A stretch of DNA of 64,000 nucleotides from Candidatus Omnitrophota bacterium (GTDB taxonomy: Bacteria > Omnitrophota > Gorgyraeia > 2-01-FULL-45-10). The DNA lies in assembly GCA_016935115.1 (NCBI GenBank), contig JAFGRN010000002.1, positions 3,748-67,747 on the forward strand, read 5' to 3'. The position numbers and the translations under genes were made by a program. The notes below the pieces were generated by a model that saw only the letters and a program-made list of their open reading frames with translations, had not been told where the DNA came from and ran no database searches. Below are positions 56,864 to 64,000 of this stretch, in pieces (position 1 is the stretch's first letter; every line of letters begins with the position of its first letter).

Positions 56864-57513
56864 TCCGCCTTCCTTATGACACGGGCAGGATTGCCCACCG
56901 CCACGACGCCCCCGTCAATATCGGATATGACATTGGCACCCAATCCTATCAGGGCCCCTTCTTTAACGGATACGGATTCCTTTATGCGCGAGCCGGACCC
57001 TATGTAGCAGCCTGCGCCCACCCTCACGCCTCCCGATATCGAAACATTGGAGCCGACACAGGTATAATCACCTATAACGGTATCGTGCAGTATGGAGGTA
57101 TTCGGCAGGACGATGCAGTGGTCCCCTATGGTAACCCCGCAGCTTACAACCACATTGGCCATCAACAGCACATTGCGCCCTATCCGGGCATCCGGAGATA
57201 CGACGACCGACGGGTCTATGATGGTCGCGAAACGCTTATCATCGAGCCCCAGGCTCTCTATGATCTCCCTGCGCCTTGAGAAACTCTTAGGATTTCCCGG
57301 CACCGCAAGCACCGACACGCCGGGAAAACCGCCCAGGACCTCTCTGCCGCCCAGGACCTTCACTCCGAGACAATCTTTGCCATGAACCTTCGGATCATCG
57401 TCTATAAAACCCAGGACATCCCATTCTTTCTTCTTCGCGTTTGCCGCCAGAATCGGCAGGAGCGCTTCTCTGGCATTACCGCCGAACGGAAAGAGCGCGA
57501 TCTTTTTAGGCAT
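56860..57513 (-). CDS. PglD/NeuD-family sugar N-acetyltransferase (left-handed beta-helix)
   Basis: N-terminal Rossmann-like IALFPFGGNAREALL followed by hexapeptide repeats. Confidence 0.7.
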   Translation of the reverse strand: MPKKIALFPFGGNAREALLPILAANAKKKEWDVLGFIDDDPKVHGKDCLGVKVLGGREVLGGFPGVSVLAVPGNPKSFSRRREIIESLGLDDKRFATIIDPSVVVSPDARIGRNVLLMANVVVSCGVTIGDHCIVLPNTSILHDTVIGDYTCVGSNVSISGGVRVGAGCYIGSGSRIKESVSVKEGALIGLGANVISDIDGGVVAVGNPARVIRKAE

Positions 57514-58690
57514 CTTTTATAATCTCCGCTATCTTTCTTATCTCAACTTCCTTCAATCCATGGAAGACCGGCAGCAGGATCACCGAATCACGGGCCCTTT
57601 CGGACATCTTCAGGTCTTCCCTGTGCGCCCTGTACGGCGCTTCCTGATGCGCATTCATGATGCCGCGGCGCGTCGAAACGCCCCTGTCCAGAAGACGCTG
57701 CATGAGGCTGTCCCGGCTGCGGGGGGCGCCTTTCAGGACCGTCACCGGATAACTCTGATAGTTCGTCCTGCAATAAGCCGGCTCCGTCGGAAGCCTGAGC
57801 CATGGCACATCCGAAAGTTCCTTTTCGTACACCGAGGCAAGCCGCCTCCTCCCGGCAATCATCACATCTATACGTTTCAACTGCTCGATTCCCACGGCGG
57901 CCTGTATATCCGTCATCCTGTAATTGTATCCCGTCATCAGATACGACTCGAAAGATACCTTCGCGGCAATATGCCTCTTCCTGTCCGAGACGCTCATGCC
58001 ATGCTGCCTCAAGAGCCGGAACAGCCTGTCGTGTTTTGCCGAACATGTCGTCAGCATACCGCCGTCGCCGGTAGTCAATATCTTCCTTGGATGAAAACTG
58101 AAACATGCCACATCTCCATGAGGCCTGCCGATCCTCTCCCTCGCGGATCCTCCCTTAATCGCTATCTCGCTGCCTATGGCGCAAGCGGCGTCCTCAACCA
58201 CAGGAATGCCGTATCTGCGAGCGATTGCCAGTATGCTCCTCATGTCGGCGGGCATGCCCATCTGATGCACCGGCATTATTGCCGCGACCTTCGAAACTTT
58301 CTTGTAATATAAACTGCCTCCGCGCGGGATACAATCCCTTCTCAGGCACCTCTCGAGGGACTCGGGCGACATGTTAAAGGTGCATGAGTCGATGTCAACA
58401 AATACCGGCTCGGCCATGCAGTAACGCACGCTGTTCGCGGTAGCTATGAAGGAATGGCTGACCGTTATCACAACGTCGCCCGGTTTTACCCCGACTGCGA
58501 TGAGCGCCAGATGCAGGGCGGTGGTACAGCTCGAAACCGCGCAGGCATGTTCGGCGCCGGCGTAAGAAGCGAAATCTTTTTCAAATTGCTCAACCCTAGG
58601 CCCCTGCGTAACCCAGCCCGAGAGCACCGCCTCCGCCGCCGCGGCCGCTTCCGGCTTACCGAGAGAGGGCCTGGCTATCGGTATCTTCAT
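57506..58690 (-). CDS. DegT/DnrJ/EryC1/StrS-family aminotransferase (PglE/WbpE-like)
   Basis: Sequence typical of PLP sugar aminotransferases (…SSCTTALHLALIA…DVVITVSHSFIATAN…). Confidence 0.8.
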   Translation of the reverse strand: MKIPIARPSLGKPEAAAAAEAVLSGWVTQGPRVEQFEKDFASYAGAEHACAVSSCTTALHLALIAVGVKPGDVVITVSHSFIATANSVRYCMAEPVFVDIDSCTFNMSPESLERCLRRDCIPRGGSLYYKKVSKVAAIMPVHQMGMPADMRSILAIARRYGIPVVEDAACAIGSEIAIKGGSARERIGRPHGDVACFSFHPRKILTTGDGGMLTTCSAKHDRLFRLLRQHGMSVSDRKRHIAAKVSFESYLMTGYNYRMTDIQAAVGIEQLKRIDVMIAGRRRLASVYEKELSDVPWLRLPTEPAYCRTNYQSYPVTVLKGAPRSRDSLMQRLLDRGVSTRRGIMNAHQEAPYRAHREDLKMSERARDSVILLPVFHGLKEVEIRKIAEIIKDA

Positions 58691-59670
58691 GACCGGACCT
58701 CCGCTCTCTGCTCATCAAGCCAGGCTACGAGAGCGCCAAGCCCTTCCTTAAGCGAAACTTTCGACCGGAACCCTATCTTCTCCCCGGCCTTCCCCGTGTG
58801 GGCGAGCCGCCGGCTCACTTCAACCTTCCTCCTGTCGTCGGAGATCGGGATATATCTGGGCCTCAATTTTGCATTCATCACCTCAAGGAGCAGGAAGCAT
58901 AAATCTTCCAGCGATGTCTCGGTGCCGCTGGCTATATTGAACACTTCGTCCTTCACGTCTGCCTTCATCGCAAGTATGTTGGAGCGCGCTACATCGGCCA
59001 CATAGACAAAGTCCATCGTCTGTTTCCCGTCGCCGTAGATGAGAGGCTCCTTTCCCGCCCTGATCATATCGTACCACCTTATGAGCACCTCCGTGTATTT
59101 GCCGTGTATGTCCATGCGCGGGCCATAGACGTTAAAGTAGCGGAGCATATCGTATGCCAGGCCGTACATCGAGCAGAAGGAGCGGAATATCAGTTCATTT
59201 GCCATCTTGGCGGCGCCGTAGAGCGTCCGGTTATTATACGGGTGGTGGTCCTCTTTCGTGGGAAATGTATCCGCATTCCCGTAGATGGACGCCGAGGAGG
59301 CGGCCACGATCTTCCTGACCTTATGTTTAACGCATGCCTCCGCTATATTGAACGTTCCGTCTATCATTACCTCCACCGCTTCCCTGGGACTCTCCGCGCA
59401 ATGCGTTATGCGCAGGGCGGCCATGTGAAAGCAGTAGTCGACGCCTTTTAACAATCCGTCTACCAGGTCTTTATCCCTTATGTCGCCCTCGATGAACCTG
59501 GCCTTTCCGGAGCCTGTGATGCCGGCTATATTATTCCTCGAGCCGCGTATGAGATTATCCAGAATTATTACCTCTTTCACGCCTTCCGGAATGAGCTGCT
59601 CCGCGGTAAACGAACCCACGAATCCCGCGCCGCCCGTGATCAGTACCTTCGATCCCTTTAAGTCGTTCAT
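58687..59670 (-). CDS. NAD-dependent nucleotide-sugar epimerase/dehydratase (SDR)
   Basis: VLITGGAGFVGSF and YGAAK. Confidence 0.7.
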   Translation of the reverse strand: MNDLKGSKVLITGGAGFVGSFTAEQLIPEGVKEVIILDNLIRGSRNNIAGITGSGKARFIEGDIRDKDLVDGLLKGVDYCFHMAALRITHCAESPREAVEVMIDGTFNIAEACVKHKVRKIVAASSASIYGNADTFPTKEDHHPYNNRTLYGAAKMANELIFRSFCSMYGLAYDMLRYFNVYGPRMDIHGKYTEVLIRWYDMIRAGKEPLIYGDGKQTMDFVYVADVARSNILAMKADVKDEVFNIASGTETSLEDLCFLLLEVMNAKLRPRYIPISDDRRKVEVSRRLAHTGKAGEKIGFRSKVSLKEGLGALVAWLDEQRAEVRS

Positions 59671-59683
59671 CTTATATGCAGCC

Positions 59684-60163
59684 CTATGCCTTCCTCATGA
59701 ACCTGGCGGGATTTCCCGCCCATATCTCGCCGCCGGGGATATCTTTCGTCACCACACTGCCCGCGCCGACGGTAGAACCGATACCTATTGTCACGCTTCC
59801 GAGGATGGTGGCATTACTGCCTATCGAGGCGCCTTTACCGACGCGCGTCTTCTTAAACCTCGGCGCCCAGTCTTTTTCCGACTCCACCAGCCCCATCTTG
59901 TTTACGGCCCTGGGATAATTATCGTTGATGAATACCACTCCATGGCCTATAAAACAGCCGTCTTCCACCGTCACGCCTTCGCATATGAACGTGTGGGAAG
60001 ATATCTTGCAATTTTTGCCGACGCTGGAATTCTTCTGAACCTCCACGAACGCCCCTACTTTTGTGTTATCGCCTATTCTGCACCCGTAGAGATTGATAAA
60101 CTTCGACAATTTCACATTCCTGCCCAGCTTAACGTCTTCGGATATGCACCTGTAGTCGTTCAT
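59684..60163 (-). CDS. hexapeptide-repeat N-acetyltransferase (WbpD/WlbB-like)
   Basis: 159 aa left-handed beta-helix repeats, adjacent to a Gfo/Idh/MocA dehydrogenase as in the WbpB-WbpE-WbpD pathway. Confidence 0.65.
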   Translation of the reverse strand: MNDYRCISEDVKLGRNVKLSKFINLYGCRIGDNTKVGAFVEVQKNSSVGKNCKISSHTFICEGVTVEDGCFIGHGVVFINDNYPRAVNKMGLVESEKDWAPRFKKTRVGKGASIGSNATILGSVTIGIGSTVGAGSVVTKDIPGGEIWAGNPARFMRKA

Positions 60164-61164
60164 ATCTTTATCAACTTGCCTTTCGCCTTCAGGGACGAGT
60201 CGGAAGCCTCAAGCATTCTCACTATCCGGAGGCCTGCATTGCCGTCGTTGATCGGCTCCTTATCCCTCTTTATGCAATCCACAAAATATTCCAACTCAAG
60301 CTTCAGGGCCTCTGCGTGGTCCACGCGCGGCGCCCACATGTCCCCGGAACGGTACTCCACCAGAAGGTTATATACGCTCTCCGCGCTCTTCACCGTCACT
60401 CCCTTGTCATAAACCTTTATCTTCTCGTCGGTGGCCATATCGTTCCAGACCAGCATCTTCTTCTCCCCTCCGATCAGGGTCATCCTCACCTTGACCGGAG
60501 ACATCCAGTTCAGGTTGAAATGAGCTATAAGGTTGCTCTTGAAATATACCGTGATGTAGGCTATGTTTGCCAGGTTCCTGCCGAAATGGTCTATCCCGGT
60601 AGCCGTTATCGCAACCGGCTTCTCCTTTATGACATAGTCCATCACCGAGAGGTCATGAGGGGCGAGATCCCAGATGACATTGACATCGTGCTGGAACAGC
60701 CCCAGGTTGACTCTCGTGGAGTCGTAGTAGTAGAGCCCGCCCAACTTGCGGCTGTCAACCATCTCCTTTATCTTCTTGACGGCTCCGGTGAAGAGGAATG
60801 TATGGTCGACCGCGATCTTCAGGCCTTTTCTATCGGCCAACTCTATCAATCTTTCGGCATCGCGGGTGTTGGCCGTAAACGGTTTCTCGACGAATACATG
60901 CTTGCCGTTACTCAGGGCGTCTTTAGCCAGCTTAAAATGGGTGGAGACCGGCGTAATTATAGCCACCGCGTCGATGTCCCCGGCGGCGGTGATATCGCGA
61001 TGATCGGCGGTAATCCTCGCGTGCGGATACGCTTTTCCGGCGCGGCCCAACGATTCCTGTCTCCTGTCGCAGATCGCGACGACTTTCACTCCGTCGATGG
61101 AGCTGAGGTTACGGACAATATTCGGTCCCCAGTATCCGTAACCTATGATACCCACATTAAGCAT
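60160..61164 (-). CDS. Gfo/Idh/MocA-family oxidoreductase (WbpB/WlbA-like UDP-sugar 3-dehydrogenase candidate)
   Basis: MLNVGIIGYGYWGPNIV…FVEKP N-terminal Rossmann motif. Confidence 0.7.
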   Translation of the reverse strand: MLNVGIIGYGYWGPNIVRNLSSIDGVKVVAICDRRQESLGRAGKAYPHARITADHRDITAAGDIDAVAIITPVSTHFKLAKDALSNGKHVFVEKPFTANTRDAERLIELADRKGLKIAVDHTFLFTGAVKKIKEMVDSRKLGGLYYYDSTRVNLGLFQHDVNVIWDLAPHDLSVMDYVIKEKPVAITATGIDHFGRNLANIAYITVYFKSNLIAHFNLNWMSPVKVRMTLIGGEKKMLVWNDMATDEKIKVYDKGVTVKSAESVYNLLVEYRSGDMWAPRVDHAEALKLELEYFVDCIKRDKEPINDGNAGLRIVRMLEASDSSLKAKGKLIKI

Positions 61165-61199
61165 AAAACACCCCCATGACTACATTATCACACGCGCCG

Positions 61200-62345
61200 T
61201 CAGAACAGGTCAAGGTCGGAATCGCCGCGCGTCAGGCACCAGCCGCGTTTGAAAAAATCCGCGCCTTTGGCCCTGAGTTCCCCGCTGAGCGGAGCCGCGT
61301 AGAACCTGTTGCGCGACGCCATATCGATAAATCCCGCCAGCCTGAACGCTGACCTGAGCCGCGGGCCCAGAAAATCGGATCTTATGATGTCCACCCGGCC
61401 CTTAAAGTACCCTATCGCCGCTCCGAGAAGCGCCTGTGCCGTACGCCTGTCCTCCGGATCGCACAGGATATCGGATATTATTCCCGCTTTCAGCCCGTTC
61501 AGCCTGCCTCTGGAGACCTCTTCTTCTCTGAGCGCCAGATAACCCCTTACACCCTCCTTCGATCTGCCTACAAATATTTTATATCCGCCGCGCGGTTCGT
61601 CAACGAATCTCCATGATATGAAATCCCCGCTCCTCCTGATGCTCAAAGGCAGGTCTCTCGACACTTCCGAGCAGAGGGCATCGAGCTCGCCGGGCGTTCC
61701 TGAATACTGCGCTACCTCGACATCTCCACGCGCGAGCAGGGATCCGGCGATGCCCGATACGCCGAATACCGCCCCGGCGGCGAGACGCAAAGGGATCCTC
61801 AGCGCGGCATTGCCGGTAACCGCTCCGGAAAAATTCCCAGGATTCGATATGATCACGGCCCTGTCCATAAAACCCGCGTCTATGTAAGAGGCCTTGCTGA
61901 ATATCCTGTACGAAGCCTCGCTGGCGACTATCGCAAGCAGCATCTCCACATATTTCCCGGACTGCTCCGTGACCTGCTTTACTATGGAATAGCCCATACC
62001 CTTCTTCCTGTGCCCGGGCAGCACTATGAAATCCTGGCACCAGCCAGCTTTATACGGCCTGCCGAAAATATTCAGAGTTACCGGCATTACGCACATCTGT
62101 CCCGCTATCTTTCCGCCGATCCTGAGTATCCATATGAGCGGTTTGCCGTCCGCGGGGGCCGGGTTCTGCACATACTCCCACAGCCACCTATCCTTCACCT
62201 TCTTCCTGTCCCTGAACATGCCGGCGTGGAACTGGTCTTTGTATGCCTCTATCAGAAAGTCCGTGTACTCTTCTCCGTCCACAATGGAAAGCTTTTCCAT
62301 CATGACTTCGCCGGCCATCATCTCGGCCCTGCCATCATCTGCCAC
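61200..62345 (-). CDS. GNAT-fold acetyltransferase-like protein (tentative)
   Basis: …QDFIVLPGHRKKGMGYSIVKQ… resembles the GNAT acetyl-CoA motif; the start is uncertain because several in-frame Met codons lie near the N-terminus. Confidence 0.4.
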   Translation of the reverse strand: MADDGRAEMMAGEVMMEKLSIVDGEEYTDFLIEAYKDQFHAGMFRDRKKVKDRWLWEYVQNPAPADGKPLIWILRIGGKIAGQMCVMPVTLNIFGRPYKAGWCQDFIVLPGHRKKGMGYSIVKQVTEQSGKYVEMLLAIVASEASYRIFSKASYIDAGFMDRAVIISNPGNFSGAVTGNAALRIPLRLAAGAVFGVSGIAGSLLARGDVEVAQYSGTPGELDALCSEVSRDLPLSIRRSGDFISWRFVDEPRGGYKIFVGRSKEGVRGYLALREEEVSRGRLNGLKAGIISDILCDPEDRRTAQALLGAAIGYFKGRVDIIRSDFLGPRLRSAFRLAGFIDMASRNRFYAAPLSGELRAKGADFFKRGWCLTRGDSDLDLF

Positions 62346-63181
62346 ATGCGATACCAGTCATAATCGCCGGATAGCTCCTTCGCAAATTCAGTTTTATCAT
62401 CGTACCAGGATATGCGGGTCCTTCTTAACCTGAACGGATCCGTATTCAGAGTATTGAATCCGGCTATCGTGGTAAAGGCCGCCCTGTACCCGCACGACCT
62501 CAGGAACTCCTCTGTCTTCGAATCGAAAGATCCGTATGAGCCGAACGGATAAGCAAAGAGGTCAACCGCGGCCGCAAGCCTGTCTTCAAGTATATGTTTT
62601 GATGTCACCAGCTCCTTTTCCAGGTCCGCCGTGCCCAGAAGGCTCAATTTCCTGTGGCTCATCGAGTGGGAGCCGAAGGATATCAATCCTGACCCGGACA
62701 GCGTTTTTATATCATCCCAATTGAGGTATTCCCCGCCCCTGCCTATATAATCCACCGTAAGAAAGATCGTCGCCTTGAGACCGTATCTCTCCAGCGCCGG
62801 CAGGCCATTGACCAGGTTATCCTTAAAACCATCATCTAATGTTATGCAGACGGACTTCGGCGGCATGGCGGCGCTACCGCCCATCATATTCACCGCTTCA
62901 CTGCATGACAACACGCTGTACCCGCGCTCCTTAAGAAATCTCATCTGATCCTCGAATAACCCCCTGGGCGTCGTCATCTGTGCGCAGATGTCCCTATCCG
63001 AAAACTTGTCGGATATCGAATGATAGTTGAGAGCTCTGAAGCCATTGCCGGGGTATTTGCGCCCTGAAAGCGATCTTACCCCGGCAAAGAGCCCGGATAC
63101 AGCCTTTTTAAATATCAACTTTCCGGGAAGCAACCCGGCAGGACTAGTCGGCTCCACCGGCATCCCTCTCTTCCCTTTCAA
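62318..63181 (-). CDS. polysaccharide deacetylase (NodB/CE4 domain)
   Basis: ITLDDGF…GSHSMSHRKL motifs. Confidence 0.7.
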   Translation of the reverse strand: MKGKRGMPVEPTSPAGLLPGKLIFKKAVSGLFAGVRSLSGRKYPGNGFRALNYHSISDKFSDRDICAQMTTPRGLFEDQMRFLKERGYSVLSCSEAVNMMGGSAAMPPKSVCITLDDGFKDNLVNGLPALERYGLKATIFLTVDYIGRGGEYLNWDDIKTLSGSGLISFGSHSMSHRKLSLLGTADLEKELVTSKHILEDRLAAAVDLFAYPFGSYGSFDSKTEEFLRSCGYRAAFTTIAGFNTLNTDPFRLRRTRISWYDDKTEFAKELSGDYDWYRMWQMMAGPR

Positions 63182-63905
63182 TTCCGACAGCTTGCTTTAT
63201 CTCAAATACGATACGCGGAAGCGGCATCTGTTTCCTCGGCCTTATGGTCTGCGGTTCCGACACGCCGGAGAGATCATGGAAGAACTCCTTATAGGGCGCT
63301 CCGTTAACCAGGACCGTGCCTGTGTCTTTGCTATCCACAATAGACCTGTCCCTTACGATGTCGTCTGTTGCCGCTATCTCCCTGGAACCGGTCCTGAAAT
63401 ATATGCCTCTGTAAGCATCAAATACGCGCAATTTTCCGGACAGCCTGACAAAGGAAAGGATATACCTGTTTTCGTGGCTCTCGTCGTAAACCCTGTCGAA
63501 AAAAGCCGGGATCCCCGCATATGCGCACAATGTGGTAAAGACATCCTGGAACTGTCCCGGAGTGGCATAACCCCTTATGATTATGTAAAGCACGTGGTCA
63601 TCGCAGACGGGCATGCCGGCGGGGACGTCTTTCAGGTGAGCCCTGACCCATTTAAATATGGCCAGCACTTTTTCTTCGTCGGTCCTGCAGCCGGCCGTGA
63701 TCTCCCTCGATAATCTTCCGTATTCATAATGGCGCGCGAGAAACTGGGTCCATTTCGCGTAAAACGGCATCCTGATGATTCTATACTGTCCGCTCACGCC
63801 GACCTGGATATGCGTGGGAATATTGACCGCCAAAATCACCGCCGACAACAGGATCAGCGCCAGTATAATCCGTTTTACATTGCGCTTCATATCTTTATCC
63901 GCCAT
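63144..63905 (-). CDS. membrane-anchored protein, possibly transglutaminase-like cysteine protease fold (tentative)
   Basis: N-terminal hydrophobic helix and a Cys/His/Asp-containing core (PVCDDHVLY…TLCAYAGIP). The start is uncertain, because the second ATG at 63890 has GGCGGA upstream. Confidence 0.3.
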   Translation of the reverse strand: MADKDMKRNVKRIILALILLSAVILAVNIPTHIQVGVSGQYRIIRMPFYAKWTQFLARHYEYGRLSREITAGCRTDEEKVLAIFKWVRAHLKDVPAGMPVCDDHVLYIIIRGYATPGQFQDVFTTLCAYAGIPAFFDRVYDESHENRYILSFVRLSGKLRVFDAYRGIYFRTGSREIAATDDIVRDRSIVDSKDTGTVLVNGAPYKEFFHDLSGVSEPQTIRPRKQMPLPRIVFEIKQAVGIEREERDAGGAD

Positions 63906-63912
63906 CCAAACA

Positions 63913-64000
63913 TTAAAAGTTTATCCGCTCCTTCTCGATAACCAGCGGCCTCTGTTTCACCTGGGTCAGGATCGCGCCCACATACTCCCCTATCAGCCCT
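63913..64000 (-). CDS. C-terminal end of another polyprenyl-phosphate GT2 (ArnC/GtrB-like); partial, with the N-terminus beyond the window end
   Basis: Manual translation of the last 88 nt of the minus strand gives …GEYVGAILTQVKQRPLVIEKERINF*. This matches the C-terminal GEYxxRxxxxxKxRPLY tail seen in 55919..56863. Confidence 0.5.
   Translation of the reverse strand, partial: GLIGEYVGAILTQVKQRPLVIEKERINF

Noticed and set aside
3060-61179. Long plus-strand ORFs in the track (for example 3060..4196, 14879..15760, 19324..20472, 20355..21197, 36806..37912, 55347..55961, 57560..58312, 59480..60412, 60316..61179)
   Set aside because: Each lies antisense to a minus-strand gene with clear family motifs and has no recognisable motifs of its own. 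Long antisense ORFs are expected when codon third positions are GC-biased, so I treat them as non-coding shadows.
1-64000. Search for CRISPR repeats, tRNA/rRNA genes, IS elements, integrases and phage genes
   Set aside because: No regularly spaced direct repeats, no cloverleaf-like or rRNA-like segments, and no transposase or integrase motifs in any frame. Coding density on the minus strand leaves no room for such elements.

Overview
The whole 64-kb window is one uninterrupted, co-directional array of about 58 tightly packed protein-coding genes on the minus strand. Many junctions overlap (ATGA, GTGA, TAATG), which suggests translational coupling. I found no tRNA or rRNA genes, CRISPR arrays, transposases or integrases. 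DNA looks moderately GC-rich by eye, and the host is unknown: gene content resembles Campylobacter-type glycosylation loci but the composition does not. Every gene I can assign belongs to a glycan biosynthesis and tailoring island. The modules, reading the minus strand 5'->3' (high to low coordinate), are: (i) a UDP-diacetamido-sugar module (Gfo/Idh/MocA dehydrogenase, hexapeptide and PglD/NeuD-like acetyltransferases, DegT aminotransferase, SDR) with a polyprenyl-phosphate GT2, a GT-C-like membrane protein, deacetylases and methyltransferases; (ii) a GDP-heptose module (GmhA, HddC-like, HddA-like, dehydratase, RmlC-like epimerase, reductase) with two C-methyltransferase-like enzymes and a CmcI-like methyltransferase; (iii) a pseudaminic-acid-like module (PseB, PseF-like, PseG-like, NeuB/PseI-like) with a NodU-type carbamoyltransferase and an N-acetyl-sugar amidotransferase trio (WbuX/HisH/HisF-like); (iv) a legionaminic-acid-like module (LegB-like dehydratase, aminotransferase, formyltransferase, NeuB/LegI-like, NeuC/LegG-like, CBS-nucleotidyltransferase, CMP-sugar synthetase) with a second amidotransferase trio; (v) two large unassigned transferase-like proteins and the N-terminal part of a fused ABC exporter at the window start. 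The outstanding feature is twelve radical-SAM enzymes interleaved with these pathways: nine cobalamin-binding class-B enzymes (one fused to a polysaccharide deacetylase domain), two SPASM/twitch-type enzymes and one TRAM-less MiaB-like methylthiotransferase. Two intergenic regions (32985-33108 and 47232-47365) carry near-identical promoter architectures, each with the same 16-bp palindromic operator; one lies in front of a GbsR/MarR-family regulator gene. Functions are inferred from motifs read in the translations; no database search was possible. The six-frame track extends several N-termini with upstream or alternative start codons, and I have corrected a few of these.
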